Shown one piece after another: positions 1 through 13,639 of a DNA stretch of 64,000 bases (the first letter of the stretch is position 1; every line of letters starts with the position of its first letter). The stretch comes from Prorocentrum cordatum. Taxonomy: Eukaryota. The notes under the pieces are model-generated. The model was not told the origin of the DNA. It made no database searches and was given only the letters and a program-made list of their open reading frames with translations. The DNA is taken from NCBI GenBank assembly GCA_963575745.1, contig CAUYUJ010000004.1, forward strand, positions 558,001-622,000, given 5' to 3'. The translations under genes were made by a program, and so were the position numbers.

Positions 1-960
1 AGAGGGCGTAAGAACCTACGAATGGCTCATATCTCAAATTGAATGGATGATGTTGCGTGAGAAGGAAGAATGGAACATCAGTATGCATGAGGGTACTTTG
101 AACCAACGTGCTTGACAGACGCGGTTAGGCGGTGGTGGAGGCAACGGCAATGACAATCGTCGAGGTGCCAACGGCAAAGCCGCTGCGGCAGAAGTGGCAG
201 CCCGTCTCGGGAAGTCCACGGATCTCATGAAGAGCGGATTGACCAAGGGCGAGACGACGTGCAAATTTGTACGTAAGGGAGACACCTGCCCATATGCAGG
301 TCAGGGATGCCCGTTTAATCACAAGAAGCCCGAAGCCGCCGCACCGGCCCAGCCGGGTGCGGGGGCTAAGTCGAATGCTGCCCAGGTTCCGAAGTCGAGT
401 CCCAGAGGGAGGTTTGAGAAACCGAAAGGCGGAGGCCGAAAGGCCCAGAGCCGGTCACAGACCCCGACAGGTAGCCGTAGAAAGGTGCGCAGCAACGGAA
501 TAGGAGTCAATCCGACCGTTCAGGTAGAAAACAGAGCAAGATGCTGTGTTACCCTTACTCACGGGATCCCAAGAACTGCCGTGGACCTCCTGACGGTTGC
601 TACAGGGAACACAGAGCCTTGACCGACGCAGAAAAATTCAAGCGAGACAAGTATGAACAAGCGAAGCTTAATGCAGGTCAGACTCTAAAGTATGAGCGCA
701 CAATCAAACAGGCCAATGCCGCTGCCGCAAATGTTGCTTCGTCTGCAGGTGGCGGTGGCTCTAGGGCCTCCAGCACCAGTTCGGAAACACGAGAGAAAGA
801 TGGAGACAATAACAAAGGCAGAGGCAAAGGTAAAGCATGCTATGTCGCTCTTTCAAGGAAACGGGAAAGTGCACGCGTGGAAAGGAGTGTTGGTTCGCTC
901 AGACCACACCCAACCATCCGTGACACTGGCTCCGCACTGGCGGCCCAGCCGCCAGTGCAG
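1..960 (+). pseudogene. C-terminal part of Gag with CCCH-type zinc fingers
   Basis: TCKFVRKGDTCPYAGQGCPFNH (~257-322), CYPYSRDPKNCRGPPDGCYREH (~544-610) and a frameshifted third finger (ETGKCTRGKECWF, ~858-897). Homologous to 38900-39540. Confidence 0.7.
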
Positions 961-1599
961 GAATATTGATAGGAATAATTGTGTTAGGGGTGCTCTTTCT
1001 TGCCTTCCTCGCTAGACGGTTGCGGCGACGCCCGCGTCGGTCAAACCGAAAGTGGGGGGGCAGGGAGGTGCCCGCTGACCCAGTTAGCTTGGGCGTGATA
1101 GCATGCCCCGCCCCGTTCGTTCGGGGCCTCCCTGGGCAGAAGCAGGCCAGCCCACATTTTCCAAAGGCCTCTATAAATATAAATGGAGGAGTTGAAACAC
1201 GCCCCTCCGATGGAGAGCCCCTCCACGAGTGCAGGCAGCAAGTTGGAAGTCTTGTAAATATTGTCAATTTCCTGCATCCTCTTTCTCGGGGCGCTATCAA
1301 GATGCATTGGAGCGAGTCCCCTAACAAGAGTTGCATTCGATCTCAGACGAAGGATCGGTGCAAATTCCGCGTCCGATTTCACCCCTCGACTGCAGAGCCC
1401 GCCATCACTTGTAGGAAGGCGCGTCGCCACGACCTAAAAGAGTTGCCCTCAAGTGACGAAGACAAATGGAGGCCCCCAGCTAAAATGCGCCAGCAGTTGT
1501 CCACTCAGTGGAGAGCGTCTGCGGCGGAGGCCCTGATCAGGGCGTCAGACCTGCAAGATGACGTCTGGCACCTTTGGTTGAGGACTGAGGAGGGGGAAG

Positions 1600-1979
1600 A
1601 GGGCCCACGCGGATCTGGAGCGTATCTTGGAGCGCTGAGCTTTATAATTGATACAGGGTGTGGGTATAACCTCATAGCGGAAATGTATATTAAGAGTACA
1701 GGTGCAATGAGACTGATTCGAAAGCTTCCGCAATCGATCACTCTGAATACTGCCGGGGGAGAATCAAAAGCCTTCGGTTCAGTTCGCATCGCATTCCCTA
1801 AATTTAAGGGTGGTAGTTTTAACGCTTTGGTCATGCCGGAGACTCCGTGCGTGATCTCGGTAGAAGAGTGGTGCATGGACCACGGCTTTAGTTTCTTCTG
1901 GCCAGCAGGCCGAAGGCCCTACCTTTTGCTGCCGAACGGTCAAAGAGTGGACCTGATCGTTGAGGGCAAGATCCCATAA
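1600..1979 (+). pseudogene. Retroviral-type aspartic protease
   Basis: FIIDTGCGYNLI (D at 1650), followed by ITLNTAGG and PCVIS, typical of retrotransposon proteases. Confidence 0.8.
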
Positions 1980-2639
1980 TTGACCCTTTCAGGCAAAGAA
2001 GCGCTGGGTCAGTGGATGCGCGCGGTTGTCGCTGGAGAGGGTGAACCTCCCGAGCGGTGGTGTTGCGTGACGCCGGGCGCCAAGGCATTTCTGGACAATG
2101 TGGAATCGGCGGGTTGCCCTCCGCCCCGTACTGTTCAGACTCGCGTAACCATAGACTTGCATACGCATGAATTGATTGGCAACCGCAGCTACGTTGACGG
2201 ACGGCCGACTGAGCTCGCGCCTGTTTTTCCGTCCTCATTAGACTCTGCGGATACCATCACTTATTTTTACTATTCGCCTCGTAAGGCTAGCGAGAGCGGT
2301 TGGAGTCGGACACCGACCGGCGTTGCTGCCTCCAAATGTCCTTCGACTTTGCCCTGCCACGGCCAAGCCGCTGGTCAGACCGATGAGCAGCCCGGCAAAG
2401 TTGTGGCCCGCGCAGCCGCATATAAGAGCCCTTGTTGGTACGGGGTCTCTGGATACCTCCCCTACGACATGGATCGAGGGTTGGACTCCAATGCGCACGA
2501 CGCGGCCCCCGGGCCCGAGGAGGGCGAAGTTGGAGACGCTGACGGCGTCGACCTGGTCGACGCCGACGACCGTCAGAACCAGACCCAGACGATGCAGAGG
2601 TTGAGGTGTCGGGTTCCCTTGCCGAGCGGCTCAAAAAGG

Positions 2640-3420
2640 CCGCAGCCCCCCTGCCGCATCTTCTAACTCATACTCCCAAGAACCCGTATTGCTCAGTATG
2701 AAATTGGGCCAAAGCTATCAGACGACAGCAGCGCAAAGCGCGCAACAAAGGGCTGAAGGTTCCCCGCCCATACGCTAACCCCACTTCGTTTGGACACCTG
2801 ACGACGATGGACCATTGGTTTGCGATGGATGAACTCTCGCGGGGGCTCCACGATGAGACCGCGTGCGTGACTTTTCGCGACCGAGCAACTGATTTTTCCT
2901 CGCCGCTCAAGGTGTTCACGACAAGCCTGCGGCTCATCTTTCTAACTTTTTAGTGAACCTGAAGGCCCTGGGAGAAAAGTTAGAGTATTGTTACACAGAT
3001 GGCGCACGTGAGCTTGCAAGGGCATGTTACGAACTCAAGATTGCCCATGATCCTACCACCCCAGGAAATAAGAAACAAAACGCTGTTGCCGAGCGTGCGA
3101 ACGGCGTGGTACAGATGGGGGCCCGAGCGCTGCTCATGCAGGCCAGTCTCCCACCACCATATTGGACCTATGCCGTCAGATATTTTCGTATTTGCTACAA
3201 TGCAAGGACGCTTCGGGAAGGGAAGTCTAGTTGGGAACGTCGCTTCGGACACCCATTGAGGCGCCGCTTCTTCCCTTCGGGTCTCTCGCACGCTATGCGC
3301 CCCCGCCTGGATCGAGATTTCGGACAGCCAAGACTGGCGGAACGATGATCCCTGGGTTATACCTAGGGTATGTGCACAAAGCGGGGGGGACGGTTGGCCC
3401 AGAGAGCTACGTTGTGCCGC
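2640..3420 (+). pseudogene. Integrase (HHCC zinc finger and DDE core)
   Basis: HLLTHTPKNPYCSV* (last Cys mutated to stop), TMDHW, YTDGARELARAC, NAVAERANG, LPPPYWTYAVRY and PFGSL...PGLYLGY, spread over shifted frames. Confidence 0.85.
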
Positions 3421-4889
3421 TAAGACAGCCAAATGGGCTTAATATGGAATCAGGGCGCACGCCCGAGGGTAAGCGACCCGCCATAGAGAAGTCCGATCAG
3501 GTCTACAGCAACATCTTGGATGGCACTGCTGAGGATCAATCTCCTCGATTCCCTTTGAGGAAAGCGTGCGATCAGGCTATGACCGAAGTGCGCTCCGTTA
3601 CGATCCCCCCAGCCGGCGAGGCTGCGGCCGTCCCAGACGGTTCGGGGCAGGGGACAGGGGCGCAATCGGTCCATCCGTTTTGTGCAGAGGATCCCGCCAT
3701 AATTATGCCACCGCCTCCTCGAGGAGGCGAGGGCGCTCCACCGCCAGACTCCGAGGCCGATTCCGATGATGATGACGGTTCGGGGGGGTTATGCGTGGAT
3801 GACGAGCTTGTGGTGATTGACGGTCGGGGCCCGCAGCGAGACTCTCGCCCAGACGAAGATAAAGATCAGAAGTTCGGTCTCGCACATATCGAGTACCGTT
3901 TGGATCGACAATCTAATTTCTCAGCGGCCAAGCCGCGTGAGAAAGTTCCCAGGGAAGGGCAGCTCCTTGCTCGCGCGACCCAGAACCTTGACGCGATGGA
4001 AGACTATGAGGACAGGCGCATTGTCGTCGGCCTAACTAAAGAGGAATTAACACAGAAGCTCCCGTTCACAGGTCGTCGCAAGACGTGCAGCATGCGGGTT
4101 GTACTTTATTATGATCCCGACTGCGTTCCCGTGACCCGTGTGTGGGTCACCGATCCAGATCCTAAGCGCGGTGCTCAATGGCTGAAGAAATTGCCTGAAT
4201 CCACCAATCCTAGAATTCATCCCGGACGCTGGTTCAACATGAATCAGGCTCAACGCCGACAAGCCGTCGAGCAATACAAGGCCAAGAAGAGAGGATTCTT
4301 TGGAATAGACGATCCCGGTCCTTGTCTTGCCCTCCTGCGTGATATAGGCTTGGATGTGGAAGATCCACCAACTCCGCCCGCGCCCGCAGTGGCCCAGCCA
4401 CCCGCGGTTCGTCCTGTCTCTGAGGAGGACGCTGCCTACCTTGCGACGCATCCAAAGGCAAGAAGAGCCGCGCCGCGGGTTGTTGAGCGATTCCGTCGCC
4501 AGGCGGCACAGGGCGGCCAAGCCGCAGCTGTAGCCGCCGACCCCCCTGAGGAGGATGACTCCGACGACTATCTTTCGGATGATGAGGATGTATGGTGGAA
4601 GCAAACTTGGCGCGGTGGTACCATAGCACGTGACGGTGTTCCCTCCGGCCCAGCCGGCAGTGGCCTGTTATCCGATGTGGGTTCTGAGGTGACATAAGAG
4701 GCAAGCCTGGCCTTGAGTCCGGCGGCCGCCGCGTCGCGGCGAAGCGTGCCTCGAATGCCGTTGCAGCATAGCTCGGCCCCAATGCCTAGTCACCGTGAAA
4801 AGGAAAGATTTGATTTGGATTATTTATACAACCCTTTTACTGATCTCACGTCAATTGTTGACGAGCATTTTCAACTTCCCAGCGAATGG

Positions 4890-5157
4890 CAGCACGCTAG
4901 GATTGATGCCGCTGTAGCTCGCTCCGTTTCCAAAGTTGAGGCCCAGGCTAATCAAGATGCCCAGGCTGCTCCGAGAAAGGAATGGAACATATTGCGAGAC
5001 ATAGGTACATGGGGCGAGGAAGGCGCCATATGATATTCCGATGTCGTTGCAGAACTCAAAGGACAGACTGCCCACTTCGGTCGTCTGTTCGCAATCCTTG
5101 TCGAAAAGAACTCAGAGTTGCCACCCGGACACAAACGTCGTATATATACATATATAC

Positions 5158-5210
<53 letters not shown>

Positions 5211-6620
5211 AGTGGCACGTGTGTGCCCAGGCTCATACAACAAGCTGAAGGGGCGTTTGAAGCAGGAGTGACATGCAACAGCGAAGTCGCACTCGAGCGC
5301 AAGTGGGGTTGCCACACCTTGCGATGTGTGTACCAGGGCCCCCCAGGAAGCCTCAGGAGGCCCGACTTGGATACCAGGAGAGGCTCCAGGAGGCCCCAGG
5401 ATTGTGAGTGTTGTGTGTGTGTGATGTGTGCTTTGTGTGGTGCGTGCTTTTTGCGTGTTGTCGGTGTTGTGTGTGTGTGTATGTTATGTTTGTCTAGCGT
5501 GTGATGTGTTGGGCGTGATTTGTGTCTCTGTGTGTGCATGTAGTTCTGAAGCCCCAGGAGGCCCCAGGAGGCCCCAGGAGGCCCCAGGCGGCCTCAGCAG
5601 GCCCAGGAGAACTCCAGGAGGCTCCGAGGCGGGGTCTGGGGTACCAGAAGGTCCAGAAAGCCCCAGGAGGCCCCAGGAGGTTCCTGGAGGCCCCCAGGAG
5701 GCTCCGAGGAGGGGTCTGGGGCTCGATTTTGGGAGGATGTCTCAGGCGAAACCGCCATTCTCTGAGAATCGGAGTCAAAATCATTGAAATTACCATGTGT
5801 TTTTGAAGGTTTTATGATAAAATGTTGGAAATCCTATGTGTTTTTGGACCTCTCCTTCACGATCTGCGTGAGGGGTGCCACCGATTTTCAGAATTTTGAG
5901 GATGTCCCTAGCGAAACGGCCGGGAAAATCGAAGACGCACGCACGCACGGACGCACGGACGCATTAATCCCCTCTGAGCTCTACTCCCTCGGAGAGGTGC
6001 GTATGAGAATATATATATATATAAAGGTCGGGTAGTTTTCGATGGTTCAAGCGTGAGAGATCAGAATAAGGACGTTGCTTTATTTCAAGAACTTCCCAGC
6101 TGTCCTGCTACAATGCAGGCCAGCAAAGCAGCTGATACCTACGGGCTCTTGGAAGGCCATAGTATTGAACAAGTCGACGCCCGCCAGGCCTATACTCAGT
6201 CAAAGTTGGGTGGCACCGCGACGTGGGTATTCCTACCCTGTGATGAGTGGCCCGAGTCATGGTCGCATATGCGCAACCCCGTATGCCCGTTGATTTTATT
6301 TTTATACGGACACCCTGATTCAGGGGGGGATATCGGGGGCAACACAGCGAAGGGCACGTTACGGCTAAAGGATTTATAATATGTAGCCCGTGGCGCAGCT
6401 GCTACTTTCATACAGAGCTGAAGTTGTTATTGATAATTTACGTTGGCGATTTTAAGCTGGCTGGCCCTGCAGACAAGCTAGTTCAAGTTTGGATGTTGTT
6501 ACAACCCCCATCTCCCAATTGCTCGAAAGGCATAGAGATAGATCCTCCGACCGCGGTCGGACGATATTTGGGTTGTGAACATCGACTGTCCACGCAGTTT
6601 GTCGAGCGGCAAGGTGAGTT
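4890..6620 (+). pseudogene. Copia-type reverse transcriptase, interrupted by an insertion at ~5141-6020
   Basis: KEWNILRDIGTW, VEKNSELP, KRR|IYKGRVVFDG (rejoined across the insertion), QVDARQAYTQS, LYGHPDSGG, IYVGDFKLAG (YVDD mutated) and RYLGCEH. Confidence 0.9.
5141..6020. mobile_element. ~0.87-kb non-coding insertion flanked by (TA)n
   Basis: (TA)n at 5141-5208 and ~6009-6022. Removing the insert restores the RT peptide KRRIYKGRVVF. Contains a TG-rich tract and GGCCCCAGGAG-type repeats (5336-5710). Confidence 0.8.
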
Positions 6621-7049
6621 GCCCGCGACTTTGGACCCGCCGCCTCCTACAGCCAAGAAAAACGCCCCCGTCCCAGACGAGAGCGACGAGGAGGAAACGG
6701 GGGGTGACTCGGCGGCCCAGCCGCCTGAGCCATACCAACCGAGAGAACCCAAACGGGCCAGAGTTATATAATACGACATGATTGAATTATTCGAACCCTG
6801 TGTCACTTTATATGCACAACTCACAGATACTGACCCAGCTACTTAGCCCGCTGCAGGCACCCCGTTTGGCCCTGAACTTGCCGATCTCGAGGACGGCCAA
6901 GGCGGCCCTAGAGGTGAAGTTTGCTCTCCTGCAGAGGAAGCAATGACCTCAGCGTTGCAAATCAAAGTTGACGTAGGGCCCCCAGATCAGAAAATCGTTG
7001 TGCACGGCCTTGACGCCGCAGCGGCCAGCCCCAATGATCCGGAGCCGCC

Positions 7050-7817
7050 GACCCAGTCGGGAGTGCTCCAGCCCATCGCGGCGAAAGTCTTGATGAAGAT
7101 CCTTTACGGTGCGAGAATGGCTCGATGCGACCTGCTCCGCGCCGTGTGCCATACGGCCAGTTGCATTGCCAAATGGACAGAGCAACGAGACATGGATCTC
7201 TTCCGCTTCATTTGTTACATCAAGTGTACCTCTCACTACCGCATGTCTTCATGGGTAGGTGACAGAATGGAGGATGTCTGGTTGAAGCAATACTATGATG
7301 CGGATCCGGCCAGTGACATCCGAACACATAGGAGCACGAGTGCCAGTTATCAAGCAATTTGGGGCCCATACCTTAGGGCTGGGCAATCTACGGGATCTCA
7401 GAGACAGACAAGCGTTTCCCATAGTACTCTTGAGGCTGAAATTGTGGCTGCTGACCTTGCCCTGCGACAAGAGCTGCTAGCAGCCCTTCCGTTATGGGAA
7501 ATATTGCTTGGACGACAGATACGTTGTTTGTTCTTAGAGGACAACCAGGCAGTTTCAAGGTCATTAAAGCTGGAGGGTCCATGAAGCTAGTGCACCCACC
7601 GCGAACTCATCGCATTGGCGCTGCTGCAGTGTCTGAACAGTTTTCTCGAGGCATCGTCAAGCTTCAGTACGAACGGATTCAAAATGAGGCTGCCGACATT
7701 GGAACGAAGAGGTTCACAGACTCTTTGGCTTGGGTTAAGGTATTATATATTGTCAACGTTGCGACTCCTAAGTTCTGCACCGCCAAGCGGTGCCAAGACT
7801 ATTTATATTCGCTGTAA
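7050..7817 (+). pseudogene. RT tether and copia RNase H
   Basis: KVLMKILYGARMARCDLLRAV, YYDADPASDIRTHRSTS, SHSTLEAEIVA, LEDNQA, RTHRI and NEAADIGTK. Confidence 0.9.
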
Positions 7818-8689
7818 TCAGACGGCCCCCCCCTGAAACCCGGGGGGATTCTGAAGCCCCGCTTAGGTCCGAGTTCGGCTTTGCGGAGAGGAGATGTCGT
7901 ACCTAGCAAGAAGATGAACCAGAAAAAGAAGCGCCGTCAGCCCGCTGTGCATTCTCCAGACCCAGTAAATATCCCAGCGGCACCCAGCGGCGCTCAGCGC
8001 CCGGCTGCTACCGAGGCCGCCCCCGGCCAGGCCGCGGTGGCGAACGCCCCCGGCCAAGCCGCGGCGGCGAATGCGACCGGCCAAGCCGTGGAAGCAAGTA
8101 CAACTACTCTTGTTACGAAGGAAGAAGGTTCCAGGATAAGCTCCGACAAACCCAGGTCAATGGAGGAGATTGAGATGAGAGCGATGTTTGACATAACCGA
8201 CAGCGGAAGTGAATCTGATACATCGAATCTGTCAAAAGCGATGTGTGATGAACGATCGAGCGTTGAGCCAGTTAGTACCGAGCAGGGAGAAGACGTGCTC
8301 GGTTGCAACCTTCTTCTTCCTCACTTTCCGCCTGCTGCTGCTGCTGCTGCTGCTAATTTCCAGAATAGGAGGGATCAATGGACACAACACGGACAGAGTC
8401 TTAAACGATGGCACTTCGCTTCCAGCATTGTCGCGTTGACGCCCGCAAATACCGATTGCCCAGTTGACCCGAATAGGTTAGATGATCGGCGTCGTACCTA
8501 TGCAATCAATACCCGACATGGTTTGACTATTGACCGCACGGATAGTTGGCGCGACGAAGATAATAGATATCATCACCCCTTTGAGCAGAATTCGAATGGC
8601 GATTCCAGCGATGGCGACTATCACCCAAGTAGATGGACCGGCTGGGCGGAATTCTGGATCTGGGACGATTGTGCCCAGGCCACTCAGTG

Positions 8690-9360
8690 GACCCGGGATC
8701 GACTCTTGTTAGAATATTGTTGTGGCCCTCAGAGCAGGATCGGAAACCCAAGATTTGTCGATAATTCGTGTAAGGTAATACGGTACACGGAGAAGGAAGA
8801 TATGAGAACCGATAAGGGACGAATGTTGGCTCTCAGTGACATGAAGACGTTCAAAGGAAAACACATAACGTTATGGGGCTCTATGCCCTGTACAGGAGGT
8901 TTCCCCTGGCAATACGTGAACGAAGCCCATTATTTTCGTACTGGGAACCATAGAGCGATGCGTAGGCTTCGAGTTATTAGGACAGACCATAGATATCTGT
9001 TTTGGAATTTGCGCGAGATTGCCCGTGCTGTGCACAAAGCGGGGGGTACTGTTTGCCTTGAATGGCCGACTCAGTGTAACTATTGGAGGGATCCCCATGT
9101 GAAGGAGTTCGTGAGAGAGCTTGAGTTTGCCAAAACGGCTTTGCATGGATGTGCGTGTGGATTGAGGGACAGCAGAGGTAATTTCATGAAAAAGCCCTGG
9201 ACGATTGCATCCACATCTCACGACGTGACGGAGGGACGGACTCGAGCGCAAGTGTGATGGCACGCATGAGCATGTTGAGGCCAGAGGAAGGGAGTGTAAG
9301 TCAGCGGAAGATTACACGGATGCCTTCGCCAAACAGGTTCACATTGTTGTTGCTCGTGCC
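8690..9360 (+). pseudogene. C5 cytosine DNA methyltransferase-like domain
   Basis: LLLEYCCG (motif I-like), LWGSMPCTG (catalytic PC, motif IV), CLEWP (motif VI-like) and KKPWTIAS (motif VIII-like). After a frameshift at ~9250 it continues KCDGTHEH..G..SAEDYTDAFAKQV (motif X-like). Confidence 0.7.
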
Positions 9361-11689
9361 GCGGAGCGCATGTTGTCGTCTCATCGTCGTCCCGTCTCGT
9401 CCTCTGATTCCATATGTGCCGCTGCTGTTTTGTCTCCAGAGCTTGCGCGGGCTGCCCAGCGGCCGGCCCCCCCTCGGACCGCGGTGCCGCCTCGTTGCGG
9501 CTGCGCGGGCCTTGCCTGCCGCGGCCCCCGCGCGCCCGATTGGTCATCGGCCAAACCCATGTGTCAACCGCTGGGTACCCCAGCGGCTAAGCCGTAGAGG
9601 GAGGATATGACTTCGGTGTGCTCTGATGATATTATGTATGAACTCGCCTCTGAGTTGCCTGAGGAGGAAGGGCCCCCGATCGGGCCTAGAGGAAAGGCCC
9701 CTTCCAATTCAATTCGAAAGGCACCCCCATCGGCCCAGCCGAGTGGGGACGTCGCCCCATCGGCCCAGCCGAGTGGGGACGTCGCCCCGCCGGCCCAGCC
9801 GGCCGGGGAGACGGCTGACCCTTTTAGTCCGAGTGATGTCATGATGAATGTTGACATCGAAATGGAGGGTGGCGCTGAGGTTCACGCAGAAGAGATCGCA
9901 GCTCGCAAGAGAGCTGCCTCCGCTGCTATTGATGACAACAAGCCTGCCAAGAGGACAGCTGTCTCTTCGCAGTGGAAACATAGTCCCCGCGACGAGCGAC
10001 CCATCTTTCGTTGCTTGCCTGACAAGACCGAGTGGCCCAGGCCTAATTATGCCGGGAACATTAAGTTCGTACGCAAAAGGGGATGGAGTTGGCGCCTCAC
10101 GATGTGGAGACACGATATCTTGCACATGCGGGACGACCAAGTCGTTACCGCACTGAAGGCAGATTTGGCCGACGCGTCCCAGACGATCTTTGAGCGCCTA
10201 TTTTCTCGTGTCTCACAAGATCCGTGGGTCGCCCATTGGACGACATTCGTCAGAAGGGCAACGTGCCGTTTTGATTGTGCTCCCCCAAAAATTGACTAGA
10301 TTCTTGAGGGTATTTACTTTCAGTCATACCCTGATGAAATGACGAAGCTGGTCTGCAGATTGTACACGAATGCGCCGGGCCAGACTCGACGCCCTGCCCG
10401 AACTCTCGAAAAGGGAGAGGTCGTAGGCCCCACTGTTGGCCCAGCCATTCGGCGGAGGACGATATACGGCGACTTTGTGAGCGTCCCAGTGAGGGGCAGC
10501 AAGACAGAAGGTGCTCCCGTTTTGTGGCTGAACGTTTGGGGCCCTTCGCCACATGCACCGCCCCGCGGCAAAGCCACTGGGGGCGGCTGGGGTGCAATAT
10601 GTGCCCTGCCTGTTGCCAAGGGCCGACGTTACTTGCCTGCGCATGTTGTCGAGGAGGCCCTCGCCGATTCAGCCAGAACCAATTATTTTGAGTCTTCCCC
10701 TCAGCAGGCGGTGGCCTGGCGCAAGGCAGCTCCTTGGTGGACGCGCCCCTACGACTTCAAGGAATGGCTCGCGAGTGATGGCCTTGAAGACGGTGCTGGC
10801 TCGACTGAAAAGCCGCACCCCCCGCCAGACGCAGAGGCTGAGGCTGACCAGCGCGACCCAGTCGTTGCTGGAGAGAGGCCACCTTTGCCCGAAGGTCCTG
10901 AACAGCGACGCCCTGAGGCGCCCTCTGCGGGCCCTCTTAACTACAAAGAGGAGGGCCCCGCCAAGGCGCCGAAAAGGCCACGCTTGGGAGCGGAGATGTC
11001 GACCGACCCAGTCGGCTCAGCAAGCTACCAAGCGAACATTGCCATGACGCATCCTTTGGATAGATCTGCCCAACAAAAGCTTTTGGGCAACCCTGGGGCT
11101 GGTCGGCAGGCGGCCGGCGGATCATCCGCTGGGTCGGCCTCGAATCCGGCTGCCCCGCCCGGCCAAGCCGAAGGCGGGGCGGGCGGCGGCTCTCCTCCCG
11201 GCCCAGCCGGCGGTGGAGGTGCCCCTTCCGGCCCAGGCGGTTCTCCAACTGGAAACCCTCCGCCGTCCGGTAACCACCCTGGGGGAGGCGGCGGGGGTGG
11301 GCCCCCGGATGCGGGGTCGACGGCAGTGGGTGACGAAGGAAATGACCCGCCCTACTTTGGGCGGGGCCCCTGGAACGCCCTCGACTACCATTGGATAAAG
11401 GGAGAGTTTGCTGCGGACCCCAAGCCGCCGCCACACGAATGGGACTCTCGAGTGTCCGAGATTCTGCAGCTTTATGTTGATATTACAGACCCTCGGTTGA
11501 GGGCCTGGGCGTGCAAATTGTCGTCCCTTGAGAAGTGTCAGGCTATAACTGAGATTGCCCGCAAGAATGGACATTCATGGATTCCTTTTGTTGGCGAGGA
11601 CATTGCGGCCATGATGGCCACAGGCAAATCTATTAAAGACTGTTTCCACCCTTTGTGCTTGATTGATTTTCAGCAATGCAAGTTTTGGT

Positions 11690-12400
11690 TTTGTTCCATC
11701 CATATTGTCTCTGATTCTACGATCGCGTGTCGGAATGCGGCCGGGAAAGCCACGAATAGCCATTTCCCTCAATACGATCACGTTCATGGCATTTCCTCTA
11801 AGATCATGAGTGGCCGCATGGCCCCCGATCTTCGGGAAGCGGCACGGAACCACAAATGGTCAGAGCACCAGTACTATCATAAAGGGATTCATACGCCAGT
11901 GCGTTTCATATTCTGGAATTTTCACGACATTGCTGATTGTTCGACAGGTGACTTGCTTGGAGTTTGCGCGGAGGGGAAGCGAGAGGAAAATCCAATCCTA
12001 TTCGCTGGAGCCCTCCGAGTAATGGTGGAGGCAGCTGAGCGCCGTGTAGACGATGCAGTCTCTCGCTCGCCTGATGGAGCGATTGAGATCATGTGCATTG
12101 GCGGTGACCACAGGTGCTGGAGGTCAGACGGAGGCTGCGTTAACCGTATGTGGGACGACGTTGCCACCCTTGTCCGGGCTCGAATAAACCGTCGGATTGA
12201 AGGCTACAAAGCCGCGGGAACATTTCCGCGCACCATGATTCTTGACGGTGCTTGCCTTTATCGCAAATTGCAGCACCCACAACGAGATGTTTTATCATTT
12301 TCTGTCGGAACATGGTGACTAGAAGGTGGACAGGGACGGACAGATGGTGAAAGCTAAGGCGGCCGAGATGTGCGTCGAGCACATGTTCAAGGCCGCTAAA
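11690..12400 (+). pseudogene. SGNH/GDSL hydrolase-like domain
   Basis: IHIVSDSTIA (block I GDS-like), KIMSGRMAPDL (block II), FIFWNFHD (block III-like) and RDVLSF where DxxH is expected (His absent). Confidence 0.4.
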
Positions 12401-13639
12401 CTCGCCGTATTGTTCTTCTGCCAACCCTCCGGCGGCCAAGCCGTACAGAGGGGTACCCCATCGACGAAGAAAAGAGCCGATGGGTATACGATGGAAGAGG
12501 CTACCATTGATGAGCTAGTCATGCACTGGCAAGGCTGGAGCCCCACAGAGAACAATGTGCCCAAGTCTGTGCTTAACACTCGTCCGTTCGCGAAACCTTT
12601 GGACCCCATTTTGTTCCCTGCCGTCCAAGACGGGTCAGGGGACGGGGCAATTCATTCCAATTATTCTGCTGCGTTCATTGGGTTTCTTAAGCGAGGAAAT
12701 GCACATGCAGACTTCTGCCCGTGGCAAGATAATCATTATTTCTTGCCGCGATGTCAGCCCTTTTGTCCGGGAATGCCCCCGAAGGGAAAACGCTTTCGAT
12801 TGCCAAATTAAGGAGTGCAAAATGATCAACATATGCGCCCAGCCGTAGAGGAGTTGAAGAAGGCAGCATCTGTTGCCGTGCCCAGCGGCCCAGCCGCCTC
12901 GGGTGACGTTACTGCGGCGTGGGCGGCCCAGCCGTCCCGCGGTCCCGCTCTTGCTCCTGCGAAGTGCGTAAAGGACGCTGAGACGCCTGGTGAAGCGGCG
13001 GAGGAAGCTCTCCGTTTGAAATGCCCTGGTTGGCCGTGGAACCAAGCTCAGCGGTAATCACAGATTCCCACAGCGCGTTAAAGCAGGTGGCAATCCCGAT
13101 GTCCCTGCTGATTGGGAACACGATTGGCTGGTGCATCAGCTATATCAGAAGGTTAAGAAGTTGCCCTATAGTAGTGCGCTGAACACGGAACCAGTTCATT
13201 ATAACTTCCTCCGACCATTCACTGTAGCGAGCGGTGAGCTCTACAGACCTATGATGCCTTGGAACAGTTACCCAGGGGAGTCAGGCCGTGTTGCACTAGT
13301 GGCGAAAGGAGAAAATCCGACCCGCAGCAAAGAGTTCGGCATGATCCAAGTTCACGCCACTGGAGAGGCGTGGTTCGGTTTCCAGATGCTGCGCACGTCC
13401 ACGAAGACCCCGGTCTTGGAACCCAGTTATTTGGTTCCCAATTGGGCACGTTTCTTTGTGATTAAGGCCGATCGGTCACGTGAAGACCCAAAAGATACCG
13501 TTGCTGATCGCCTAAGTTGGGCGAAGTTGTCGACGAAGACCCACAGGGCGGGCAACAATCACTGCGTACAGCTCACTTTGACTTTCTAGGTACCGGATGA
13601 AAAGCTTTTGGAGGTCCAAGACCCATCCTCAGGTCTGAG

